From positions 1 to 64,000 of IMG/VR virus record IMGVR_UViG_3300024502_000010: a stretch of 64,000 bases of DNA; one strand, 5' to 3'. The position numbers and the translations under genes are program-made. The notes under the pieces were generated by a model. It was not told the DNA's origin. It was given only the letters and a program-made list of their open reading frames with translations, and did not search any database. Positions 51,844 to 60,846 of this stretch are shown piece after piece. Numbering within the stretch: the stretch's first letter is position 1; each line of letters opens with the position of its first letter.

Positions 51844-52332
51844 ATGCAGGTATTAAAGATGAAAGAACACCCAGAACATAAAGGTTATTTTATCACAGAA
51901 AACGGTGAAGTTTGGTCATACTGGCGCAATCGTGGAAGAGATGGGTGGGGAGTAGTATTGGATAAAGAACCAAAAAAAAGAAGATTTAATAATCATTGCA
52001 AGGGATACTTGACTGTTTGGATTAAAACGGAAGAAGGACAGAAGTTAAAAAAAGTTCATCGTTTGGTCGCAGAAACTTACATTCCAAATCCAAATAATCT
52101 CCCTCAAGTTAATCACATTGATGGCGTAAAAACAAACAACAATGTCAGTAATCTTGAGTGGTGCAGTAATCAAAAAAACACGGAGTTGGCATTAGCAAAA
52201 GTTCATCGGTTAGTAACACCAACTGGAGAAATAGTAGAAGTTTTTAATCTTGGAAAGTTTTGTAGAGAACATAAAATTGATAGGGGAGACCTTTATAAAG
52301 GGAAAAAGTCCAAAGGTTACTATTTGCAATAA
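51844..52332 (+). mobile_element. Free-standing HNH homing endonuclease (NUMOD4-like N-terminus plus HNH)
   Basis: Y.ITENGEVWS, GYLTV, VHRLVAETYIPNPNNLPQVNHIDGVKTNNNVSNLEWCS motifs; TATAAATA late promoter at 51826-51833; antisense to neighbours. Confidence 0.92.
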
Positions 52333-52764
52333 TCACCTTTTGTAAAGATATCCGGACGACCAATCTGCGTTCTCAAACAACCATTCACGGTCCTTAATTA
52401 ACAAGAGATTGTATCGCTCACCCTTTGCAGGACTACGCCACGACGCTGACTTGAAAACGCCTCCATTTTGCTTGTCGATAAAACAGTGAACCGATCTCGA
52501 TCCACCACCATTCACCAGAATGACTTTGTGATACTTTTTGCCAGTCTCAACAGTATAATCAATGTCACACTTGCCAGACTTGAGTTCATCAATCTTGCGC
52601 TGATGATACTCTTGATTATCAGCATCATTCACGAACTTTTGGTGACCGCGAATAGAATACTGACGATAGTTGTCTTTCAGTGCTTCAATCAGCAGCAGAG
52701 TGTTCTTATACACATTCTCTGCAATAGTTTGTTGTGCTTGTGCTTGCATCGTAGGAGTGCTCAT
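52333..52764 (-). CDS. Conserved early hypothetical protein
   Basis: GKKYHKV...SVHCFIDK..G.V.KSASW..PAKG.RYNL motif; start after repeat copy 9. Confidence 0.7.
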   Translation of the reverse strand: MSTPTMQAQAQQTIAENVYKNTLLLIEALKDNYRQYSIRGHQKFVNDADNQEYHQRKIDELKSGKCDIDYTVETGKKYHKVILVNGGGSRSVHCFIDKQNGGVFKSASWRSPAKGERYNLLLIKDREWLFENADWSSGYLYKR

Positions 52765-52792
52765 ACTATAGGTACACTTTCGAGGATCCAAG

Positions 52793-53710
52793 TTACCAAC
52801 TCTTTGCGATTGTGAAGTTGGCATGAGAGAATACCTCACGATCAACTACTTTGTAAGACCCAAACTTGTTATGAATGACATAACCCTCGTGGAAACCTGC
52901 AACATCCCAGAGGAAACATTCAATGTCATCCTCTTCATGAATGAACAGGAACAAATCATCCTTGATAGACTTCACCAACTTCCACAATCTGATGAGGTTG
53001 ATGTCACAATCGCATTTTTCTGCAATTTCATCCTCACGGATGGTGCGTTGCTCTCGGATGCAAGCGTTAATCTCTTTTTTGATTTGTGATGCTTTCTTGT
53101 CGCTCACAAACTCACACAGAGTGCTCATTTGTTTAGCAAAGTTACACACATCCTCCAAATCTTCACGATAAGGATTCAGCGACACAGCAGGTTGCACAAA
53201 CAAACATTTCTTTGTGCTTGCAAACTTGCTAGTGATAGGATGTGCTACCATTTCAGGCAGACGCTCACCAGTGTAGTAAGTATGTGGAGCAACGATAATC
53301 TCTTGACGCACAACTTCAGGAAAACGATAGGTAATCGTGTTGGGCGTGAATGTATCCAACCCTTTACCGAAACCAATCCAATCTCCCTGATACACATTGT
53401 TAGTGCGAGGAAGATAATCCAGACAGAAGATGAGGATTTGTGCTACCCTTGGTTGTCCACCAAAATGAGTAAAGATGTCATCTTCGTTATAGCAAAGGCG
53501 AATCTTTTGCTTGTTAAATGCTGCTTTGGTGCAGACAAAAAACTTACCATTCTCAGGATTAGTGCCCCAAACAATAGCAGGAGCACCATCCATCTTGACG
53601 CTGATAAAACTATCAACCTCAGAGAACCAATCAAGAACAGATAGATTACCCGTCAGGATTTCATCTTCAGGGTGCTCAAGGTGCTTATTTTGCATTGGTT
53701 GCTTACTCAT
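52793..53710 (-). CDS. Conserved protein with a KxDG ligase-type motif (possible nucleotidyltransferase)
   Basis: NKHLEHPED, SVKMDGAPAIVWG..P..GKFFV.TK and HEGYV...K.VDR..FS..NF motifs; exactly fills the interval between repeat copies 9 and 10. Confidence 0.6.
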   Translation of the reverse strand: MSKQPMQNKHLEHPEDEILTGNLSVLDWFSEVDSFISVKMDGAPAIVWGTNPENGKFFVCTKAAFNKQKIRLCYNEDDIFTHFGGQPRVAQILIFCLDYLPRTNNVYQGDWIGFGKGLDTFTPNTITYRFPEVVRQEIIVAPHTYYTGERLPEMVAHPITSKFASTKKCLFVQPAVSLNPYREDLEDVCNFAKQMSTLCEFVSDKKASQIKKEINACIREQRTIREDEIAEKCDCDINLIRLWKLVKSIKDDLFLFIHEEDDIECFLWDVAGFHEGYVIHNKFGSYKVVDREVFSHANFTIAKSW

Positions 53711-53980
53711 ACTATAGGTACACTTTCGAGGATCCAAGTTTCAATCAATCAAACTTGCATCAGTTTAGCAAGACGATTGCGAATATCAAAGAGTTCCATT
53801 TCATCCATATCTACATCATCAAGACCTACGGGAGCAAACGCTTCAAGATCTACAGTGCCATTTTGCATAATGGGAGAATAATATAACTCATCTCCATCTT
53901 CTTGCGACAGAGTATAGACGCAACCGTGACCAGGAACAGTGAGGAAAATCATTGAAGTTTTACGAACAAAGGTACAATAA

Positions 53981-54010
53981 AGGAGCACTTGCTAAATTGC
54001 AAGTGCTCCT
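53981..54010. terminator. Perfect 12-bp hairpin downstream of 54021..54308 (terminator or processing site)
   Basis: AGGAGCACTTGC-taaatt-GCAAGTGCTCCT; the U-tract is weak. Confidence 0.5.
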
Positions 54011-54020
54011 GTGTCAGTTT

Positions 54021-54263
54021 TTATACTGCCACACGACGGGCAGATATTTGTTGTTCAATAAAGTTCAATACTTGCTTCACATAAGGCGAAACAGTTTGAG
54101 TGAACTTCACCACATCTTCACGAAGTTTGTTGACTTCATACTGATGGATTTGCCAGCGAACCTGAATGTCTTGGAAGTATTGTTCACGAGTAATCAGTAC
54201 CTGTGGGACGGACACTTCGGGAGCAACAGAGACATTAGCAGTTTGCTTGCGAGCGCGAGGCAT
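54021..54263 (-). CDS. Early hypothetical protein
   Basis: MPRARKQTANV...LITREQYFQDIQVRWQIHQYE. Confidence 0.65.
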   Translation of the reverse strand: MPRARKQTANVSVAPEVSVPQVLITREQYFQDIQVRWQIHQYEVNKLREDVVKFTQTVSPYVKQVLNFIEQQISARRVAV

Positions 54264-54310
54264 AGGGTAAATGCGTCTTACACTATAGGTACACTTTAGA
54301 GGATCCAAGT

Positions 54311-54490
54311 TTAATTCACTGGAAGTTTTGCCATTGACTTACCTTTTTTGTGGTCTGTGATATACTTTCGCGCAGAACTTTCGGTCCTACAAACTTTCTC
54401 AAGTTGCTGACCATTGTGAATGATAAGATACTGATTCCCAAACGGAATTGCAGCATATGTATCCTTGAACATTGTAAATCCTTCTTTCAT
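54311..54490 (-). CDS. Small hypothetical protein (59 aa, not in track)
   Basis: MKEGFTMFKDTYAAIPFGNQYLIIHNGQQLEKVCRTESSARKYITDHKKGKSMAKLPVN. Confidence 0.65.
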   Translation of the reverse strand: MKEGFTMFKDTYAAIPFGNQYLIIHNGQQLEKVCRTESSARKYITDHKKGKSMAKLPVN

Positions 54491-54492
54491 CG

Positions 54493-55356
54493 TTACATAA
54501 ACTTGGTAAGACCAACAGTTTCACTAACTCTCTTTTCAATCAATTTACCATACTCCTCGTGAAGTTCGCATCCAACATAATTCCTTCCCAAAGATTTGGC
54601 AACAGCAGCAGTAGTCCCACTACCCATAAATGGGTCAAGAATAGTGTCACCTTCACGAGAACCAGCAATAATACAAGGTTCAATAAGTTCTGGAGGATAA
54701 ACTGCAAAGTGAGAACCTTTGTATGGTTTAGTTGTTACTTCCCATACACTACGTTTCCGTTTTAATTCCTTGCCATCTACAGTGGGTTCTTTAATCGAAT
54801 CAACATCAAAATAATAGTTCTTGCTCTTAGATAAGAGGAAGATATATTCGTGAGATTTGGTACATCGATCTTTCATACTTTCGGGCATTGGATTTGGTTT
54901 GCTCCAAATAATATCCTGTCGTAGATACCAACCATCTGCACGCAAAGCAAATGCTAGCATCCAAGGAATACCAATCAAATCTTTATCCTTTAGACCCTCA
55001 AGTTTATTTCCTCTTCTAGGATTTCGTATTTGTGGCAAATCTTGGTTGTTAGATGCCACAGATTGCTTAGGTAGTGTCTGACCTTTACCAGAACGATAGT
55101 TGTAATAAGAATCACCAATGTTAACCCACAATGTGCCATCATCTGTAAGAACATCACGCACACCGCGAAACACCTCTACCAGTTGGGAGATAAACTCTTC
55201 AGGCGACTCTTCTAAACCAATTTGATTATCTTCGTTACCGTAATCACGCAGACCGTAGTATGGTGGAGAGGTCACACACATTTGTGCTTTTACACCAGCG
55301 TCTACAAAATGTTTAAGAGTTGAGCGGCAGTCACCATAAAGAATAACATCCTTCAT
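54493..55356 (-). CDS. DNA methyltransferase, N4-C/N6-A beta class (287 aa)
   Basis: VTSPPY catalytic motif near the N-terminus; HFAVYPPEL and ILDPFMGSGTT SAM-binding motif near the C-terminus. Confidence 0.92.
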   Translation of the reverse strand: MKDVILYGDCRSTLKHFVDAGVKAQMCVTSPPYYGLRDYGNEDNQIGLEESPEEFISQLVEVFRGVRDVLTDDGTLWVNIGDSYYNYRSGKGQTLPKQSVASNNQDLPQIRNPRRGNKLEGLKDKDLIGIPWMLAFALRADGWYLRQDIIWSKPNPMPESMKDRCTKSHEYIFLLSKSKNYYFDVDSIKEPTVDGKELKRKRSVWEVTTKPYKGSHFAVYPPELIEPCIIAGSREGDTILDPFMGSGTTAAVAKSLGRNYVGCELHEEYGKLIEKRVSETVGLTKFM

Positions 55357-56048
55357 TCAAGAACCTCTTTTACAAACAATTTATCCATATTTGAGTGATT
55401 TATACGAAAGCAAGTGCCACGATTGCGAACACCCTTACCAGTGCCAACATTATACTGGGTTCTCAGTCGTAAGTCAATAGAAATTACATCATCTTCGATT
55501 GCCTTACGAAACAGATTTTTATCAATAGAAATGTAGACATACGCTTCATTGTAGTGAAAATACTCTATACCATTACGAACTTCAACATCGGCAAATACTT
55601 TAACACAAGATGGAAATTTGTGAGCAAACTGTTTAATAAGTGAATCCCAATCCCACCTAACAATCTCCAGTTCTTCGTGCTTTATGGAAACATATTCATC
55701 ATCAGTATGAATCCAAAATCCTCTGTTGTTTTTGGTTCTTGTCACAGTAGATTGTCCAGACAATTCCCCAATGTGTTTTGTGTGAGGAAATCCAAAAGTT
55801 TCTAGGAACTTTAATTGAGGTATCTGCCATTCACCTTCCTTTGTAAAGAGAGTTTGTTTTCCACCAGCACCTTTCCTTGCTGCTTTCAACTCTTTTCCAT
55901 CAATATCTGGACCAGAGATACAATTCTCAGTCAAACCAAGTTCTTGTTCAAAAGTATGACCAACTCCAGTATCACCTTTGCGATGAGACTTTATGAAACC
56001 TTTTGCTTTAATTCGGTTGTAAGCAGGAACGAACTCAACGAAATCCAT
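55353..56048 (-). CDS. MvaI/BcnI-family restriction endonuclease-like protein (231 aa)
   Basis: RKGDTGVGHTFEQELGLTEN..SGPDI.G.ELKA, TLFTKE and RNRGTCFRI motifs; ATGA overlap with the methyltransferase. Confidence 0.8.
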   Translation of the reverse strand: MDFVEFVPAYNRIKAKGFIKSHRKGDTGVGHTFEQELGLTENCISGPDIDGKELKAARKGAGGKQTLFTKEGEWQIPQLKFLETFGFPHTKHIGELSGQSTVTRTKNNRGFWIHTDDEYVSIKHEELEIVRWDWDSLIKQFAHKFPSCVKVFADVEVRNGIEYFHYNEAYVYISIDKNLFRKAIEDDVISIDLRLRTQYNVGTGKGVRNRGTCFRINHSNMDKLFVKEVLE

Positions 56049-56086
56049 GGTAAAATCTATACTTTAGTAAAAATCAGGAATTTGGT

Positions 56087-56176
56087 TGCAGTGGATGACC
56101 TATGACACCGCTGCAGTAGAATTGAAGAAAAATCAGGTTTTGACCCCTGACTGTGACTGGGTTCTTAGGCGAGACT
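56087..56176. repeat. Duplicated intergenic hairpin element, copy B
   Basis: See copy A at 49902. Confidence 0.85.
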
Positions 56177-57363
56177 CACCGCCGCACTACACTATCAACC
56201 ATCTCACCCTTCTCAAACACAGCATCAACAACTCGCTGGAGTGCTCGCTCTGTAGATACTCCAACTTTGGAATATACAGGCACCACACAGAGACCGAAGA
56301 CCTTTTCTTTGCCGCCAAGGCGAAGAACCCGACCAATAGTTTGGGTCATTTCAATCACATCCATATTGCGAAGAAAGACGACCGCCTCTAGTTCGCTGAC
56401 ATTAATTCCTTCGCTCAAAATAGAGCGATGGAAGCAAACAAACTTCTTGTTAGGGTCACGACCCCAAGAATTGAGCGTGTCAAAGAATACTTCACGATTG
56501 ACTTTCTTACCATCAATAATCGCTCCAGTTTTTGAGGTGATGTAGAGGTAAGAATAACCACGCTGATTTAGTTGGGAAGCACAGTCAGTATGAGACATCA
56601 GGTTGATAAGTTGCTTCGCAGACTTAACACATACCAGGATTTTCTTGCAATCAATATCCTCCAGAGTGTCCATCAGATTGCTACTGTCACATTCAGCAGT
56701 TACCTGCTTTGGTGCAAGTACATCAAACTTCTTCGCTACAATCTTAGGAGCAATAATGTATCCTCCATCAACAAGTTCAGGAGCAGAAACGCGGCAAATA
56801 ATATCTCCATAGACATCACGATCGTTCATTCCAGGTTTAGAAGGAGTGAGCGAAGTCTTCCTGGTAGCAGTGAAGAAGTAGCAGCGGCGTGCATTAGCAG
56901 CAAAGTGCTCAGTTGCAGGGAAAAAGTGACGCTGAACAGAATTATGTGCCTCGTCAAAGTAAATGGTATCCACATCAACTTCTGCCACTTGAAGACGCGA
57001 CAGAGAGTTGTAGGTGGTTACAATCAGGCGATGATTGTCGGCATTAGCATCAACCCAGTTGCGAATCTCTTGAGGGCGAGTAGAAGACTCGTGATGAGTT
57101 TCGCCACTGTGAACATGGAAAACAGCAGCGTTAGTGATAAACTCCAGGAACTCCGAAGACAGTTGCTCTGCCAGAAGAATACGCGGAGCAACAACAACAA
57201 TGGTCTGGGGAGTTTGTGACTGCAACTCACGCAGACAATCATAGATCATCTTCAGAGTCTTGCCACCACCAGTAGGAACAATGACTTGACCTTTATCATG
57301 CTGTTGCATAGCAGCAACTCCGCGTTCTTGGTGAGGACGAAGATTGATCAGATGAGGAATCAT
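56176..57363 (-). CDS. Superfamily 2 helicase (ResIII/DEAD-like, 395 aa)
   Basis: LRPHQ, PTGGGKT (Walker A), DEAH, TAT and ILSEGINV...MTQTIGRVLR motifs. Confidence 0.88.
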   Translation of the reverse strand: MIPHLINLRPHQERGVAAMQQHDKGQVIVPTGGGKTLKMIYDCLRELQSQTPQTIVVVAPRILLAEQLSSEFLEFITNAAVFHVHSGETHHESSTRPQEIRNWVDANADNHRLIVTTYNSLSRLQVAEVDVDTIYFDEAHNSVQRHFFPATEHFAANARRCYFFTATRKTSLTPSKPGMNDRDVYGDIICRVSAPELVDGGYIIAPKIVAKKFDVLAPKQVTAECDSSNLMDTLEDIDCKKILVCVKSAKQLINLMSHTDCASQLNQRGYSYLYITSKTGAIIDGKKVNREVFFDTLNSWGRDPNKKFVCFHRSILSEGINVSELEAVVFLRNMDVIEMTQTIGRVLRLGGKEKVFGLCVVPVYSKVGVSTERALQRVVDAVFEKGEMVDSVVRR

Positions 57364-57453
57364 TACGAATTACAGAGTTTCAGGTGGTTTGGTATCTAAA
57401 AGACATTATAGCACCCTTCCTGACGCTTGGAAAGGGTGCTGGCGGACAGTTAA

Positions 57454-57609
57454 TCAACCGCCAAACATTTCATCAAACAACCAATCACCAGAACGCTCTT
57501 TTTCTTCCCAGACTTTGTTAGCGTTTGCTTCAATCATTGCTCGCTCAATTTTCATGTCGATAGGAGAAACAGTGCTGAACCAGTTACCGTTGCGGTCTTG
57601 CCAGAGCAT
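57454..57609 (-). CDS. Small hypothetical protein (51 aa, not in track)
   Basis: MLWQDRNGNWFSTVSPIDMKIERAMIEANANKVWEEKERSGDWLFDEMFGG; downstream of repeat copy 12. Confidence 0.65.
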   Translation of the reverse strand: MLWQDRNGNWFSTVSPIDMKIERAMIEANANKVWEEKERSGDWLFDEMFGG

Positions 57610-57668
57610 AATGTTGTTTCGTTTGAGTGCTTATACTATAGGGACACTTTAGAGGATCCAAGTAAGTA

Positions 57669-58277
57669 TCAGCGAGAAGTGTATCGGTGTTGGAGGTCTT
57701 TCTCACTCTTAATGTTTTTACCTCTTTCTCTTTCTCCTGCAATTACAAGATCGCGGAGTTTCTGTTCTCCCTTTCTTGTAACATGCAATCTTTCTTGTCT
57801 GCTTAGACCAGATGCTTTTTGTGGTTTGTATCCAGGAGCGGGTTCTGCTGTTGCTTTCTTCTTAGAAAGAAGTTTAGTTGCTGCTTTTACTACTTCTTTT
57901 GCTTTTGGTTTTTCTGCTGCTGGTGCTGGTGATTCTCCACCTTTCTTAGCAGCAATTCTTGCCTGTGCTGCTTTTCTTCTTTCCTCTTTTGCTGCTGCCA
58001 GTTGTCTTTCTCTAGCAGATCCACGCTCTTGTTCTGGTTGTTGAATTTGTGAACCCTTTGGTTTTCCAATATCCTTGCGTGGTTTGTATTCTTTTGCTGG
58101 TTCCATTTTACCACCGCCAACTGCTTTCATACGGCGTTTTTCAGGAGTTGTCTTTTTGCGTTCAGCACCAATACGACCGCCAGGTCTTGCTTTTCTGATT
58201 GTTGCTTGGAATCCAAGTGCTTTTGACTTGTCATCAACTTCTTCGCAAATAGACATAAACTCCTGAAAGGTTTTCAT
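57669..58277 (-). CDS. Lys/Arg-rich protein with a T4 capsid-targeting-like N-terminus (202 aa)
   Basis: MKTFQEFMSICEE; CTAAATA late-promoter-like site at 58302-58308. Confidence 0.6.
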   Translation of the reverse strand: MKTFQEFMSICEEVDDKSKALGFQATIRKARPGGRIGAERKKTTPEKRRMKAVGGGKMEPAKEYKPRKDIGKPKGSQIQQPEQERGSARERQLAAAKEERRKAAQARIAAKKGGESPAPAAEKPKAKEVVKAATKLLSKKKATAEPAPGYKPQKASGLSRQERLHVTRKGEQKLRDLVIAGERERGKNIKSEKDLQHRYTSR

Positions 58278-58304
58278 TGTTATCTAAACACTACTTTTTA
58301 GTAT

Positions 58305-58505
58305 TTAGAACTCTACTTCCTTTGCTTTATATGAACCCTTGAATACTCGTCCTTCAGTATAGAATTGCTTTACACGTTCGCGGCGAGTAGCAAGAAGCAA
58401 ATCATATTCTTCTTGTTGCTGCTTAGTAAAGATAAAATCTTGACGACGCCAAGCATCTTTCAGTTCTTGAATGTGAGGGAGCACGTTGGGGATGTGTTCA
58501 GTCAT
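58305..58505 (-). CDS. Hypothetical protein (66 aa)
   Basis: VLPHIQELKDAWRRQDF.FTKQQQEEYDLLL..RRERV. Confidence 0.65.
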   Translation of the reverse strand: MTEHIPNVLPHIQELKDAWRRQDFIFTKQQQEEYDLLLATRRERVKQFYTEGRVFKGSYKAKEVEF

Positions 58506-58752
58506 TTGAGAATAATAAAGGAAAAGTGTTCTGTGTGGGTGATTTGGTGGACAGTTTAGAAACTGTCAGTAATCATAGTTGGAGTTAAGATACTCATTAA
58601 GATTGAAGTCGTTAGATTCTTCAATGAGTTCAGTTAGATCTTTTTCAATAAAATCAAATCCATTAGATTCTTCAATTTGAATGTCATCGAAGCAGTCCAT
58701 AATTTGTTTCATGCTTACATTATAGGTACACTTTAGAGGATCCAAGTAAAAA

Positions 58753-59001
58753 TCAATCAATTTTTTTAACAGATTTTGCTAACTTTTTCAGTCTCTTTGT
58801 TACTTCTTTTCCGCCACTACGCTTTACAATTAACTTATTAACTTCTTTCTTTGTTGGTTTCCCTTCTGGACCTTCATATCTTTGAAGAGTATAAGTTTGC
58901 ACACCAGTATCACTCCTCTTGTAAGTTCCAGGAACTGCTTGAGGTGGAGTGTCTGGTCTTTTTGCTTCGCAGATTTCGTAGAACTCTCTAAATGTTAGCA
59001 T
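58753..59001 (-). CDS. Basic protein with a CTS-like N-terminus (82 aa)
   Basis: MLTFREFYEICEAK; co-transcribed with 59003..59647. Confidence 0.55.
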   Translation of the reverse strand: MLTFREFYEICEAKRPDTPPQAVPGTYKRSDTGVQTYTLQRYEGPEGKPTKKEVNKLIVKRSGGKEVTKRLKKLAKSVKKID

Positions 59002-59002
59002 T

Positions 59003-59647
59003 TTATCCTAATTCTCCCATTGCTTTTTGCTTACGAAGTTTCTTAGGATTCTTCGTCTTATCTGCAGAGTAGTTATTATCATCCTCATTATCAGGATCTA
59101 CAGCACTACGATGTCTCGTGCGTCTTTCTTCATCATCCATATTTGCACGACTTCTCTTTGCTTCATCTGGAGAATATCTTCTACCACTGTTATACCATTC
59201 CTTACCTACATGACCTCTCTTCTCAGCATCAGCAGAAGCAGATCTCCTCTTATTCTTCTGACGATTTGCCTTGAAGTCCTTCATAGTCATTCCTTCAGCA
59301 ATCATAATACTCTCTCTCCACTCTTCACTCATATTCCCCATAATTGCCGTTGCTGCTTGTTCAGTATCAGCATATCCTTCATCAAGAAGGTGCGAAAGAA
59401 TGATGTCGTATAGGTCATAATCCTCAACATATTGTGAACGATATTTGCCACCTGTTTTTTTATGAGTATCTTCAAGTTCTGCTGCTCTTGCGTCAGCATA
59501 CTTTCTACTCTTTACTGGTTTACCAATCTTCTTCTCTTTCTTTCCATCAGGAGAACCCATTACTTGATATGGCATCTCATCAAGTTGCTGGTTTTCAACA
59601 ACTTCCATATATGCTTCTTGAAGATTGCGAATGTCTTGAGCGTCCAT
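59003..59647 (-). CDS. Charged late protein with the DLYDIILSHLLDEGYA domain (214 aa)
   Basis: MDAQDIRNLQEAYMEV...LDE; ATAAATA late promoter at 59668-59674. Confidence 0.65.
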   Translation of the reverse strand: MDAQDIRNLQEAYMEVVENQQLDEMPYQVMGSPDGKKEKKIGKPVKSRKYADARAAELEDTHKKTGGKYRSQYVEDYDLYDIILSHLLDEGYADTEQAATAIMGNMSEEWRESIMIAEGMTMKDFKANRQKNKRRSASADAEKRGHVGKEWYNSGRRYSPDEAKRSRANMDDEERRTRHRSAVDPDNEDDNNYSADKTKNPKKLRKQKAMGELG

Positions 59648-59905
59648 CTTATGAATAACTTTTTAGTTATTTATTGTTACTCAAACTCAAGGGGTTTATT
59701 TGCAACTCTCATAGGTGGAGTTTGATATTCTGGCATACTAGAAGTTTCAACAAATACTTCTATCTTAGTCTCATCATTCCAATGTCGAATTGCATTAGCG
59801 ATAATGAAGCAGTTGGTAATAAAAATGCTCAAAAACATCAAAAGGCGGATAAGTGCTACCTTATCCGCTTCTTTATCACATTTACTTGCTTTTTCTCCAA
59901 GTGCC

Positions 59906-60169
59906 TTAGCAAGCAATCGCCAGACAGTTCTGTTCTTCTTCATATCTTGATTTTCTTGATTTAACATACTTTAAATGTTTCCAATCTTCTTTATAACAAA
60001 CAACAAGCAATCTTTCATTTGCGTGAATGGGGCAGGCGTGATAGTTTACTTGGTCTTTAGGACGAACAACATACTCAATCGTAACATATTCGTCATCCCT
60101 AAAATAAACCCAACCTTCAACACCTTTTGTCCATTCAACATAATCATTGACTTGTGGTTTGTATGTCAT
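59906..60169 (-). CDS. Conserved hypothetical protein (87 aa)
   Basis: Y.PQVNDYV.W...VEGWVYF.DDEY.TIE motif. Confidence 0.65.
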   Translation of the reverse strand: MTYKPQVNDYVEWTKGVEGWVYFRDDEYVTIEYVVRPKDQVNYHACPIHANERLLVVCYKEDWKHLKYVKSRKSRYEEEQNCLAIAC

Positions 60170-60603
60170 ACAAAGAACGCATCCAATGGAGACTGCTTGA
60201 TAGGCATTGCTGAATAGTTTCGCGTGTCGTTGATATTTACACGAGCACCAACTGTCTTACTATTGATTGGGGCAAAGTATTCTCTGGTCTTGGATTTGTA
60301 GAATCCCCAGATTGTCCTTGTGGGAGCACCATTATTGTAATCAAACTTACGATTGCAATACAACCATATAGCAATAACTCCACGCTTGAACTCTTCGAAC
60401 TCATAATAATAATTTTCGGGTGCTTTATGCGGAAACTCAGCAATCATAGAACTTGTCACGCGACATATACTCAATTTGTTTCTGCAGTTGTGAGATTTCG
60501 TGTTCTTGTTCTGCAATTTTACTTTGCAGTTGTTCAATACGTTCTTGGTACTGTTTCTTCAAATCAAACACCATTTTATTGGTGTGAGTAACGTGGTGAG
60601 TCA

Positions 60604-60846
60604 TCAGGTTGTAAAAGATTCAACTACTGCAGATTCTACATCCTCAGCAAGCGCATAAGTCCTCGCGCTTAACACATTTTCACGAAGAGTAGTATAGTGT
60701 TGCTCATAAAAATTGTCAGAATCTTCTGCAGAAATCAAATCAAAACATTCATTGTCGTTTTCCGCAATCACATTCCAAAGTCCACCGTATTCACTGGACG
60801 GAAAAGGAATGTAGTGGTCAACGATGTAAAGAAACTTTTGTGCCAT
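60604..60846 (-). CDS. Conserved hypothetical protein (80 aa)
   Basis: LYIVDHYIPFPSSEYGGLWNVIA. Confidence 0.7.
   Translation of the reverse strand: MAQKFLYIVDHYIPFPSSEYGGLWNVIAENDNECFDLISAEDSDNFYEQHYTTLRENVLSARTYALAEDVESAVVESFTT

Larger units (their letters stand above)
12671..59674 (-). promoter_or_regulatory. T4-type late promoter motifs (ATAAATA) upstream of structural and late genes
   Basis: Minus-strand sites at about 12671, 14161, 16442, 26014, 40465, 43120, 44352 and 59668; most sit shortly upstream of a start codon. Confidence 0.7.
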
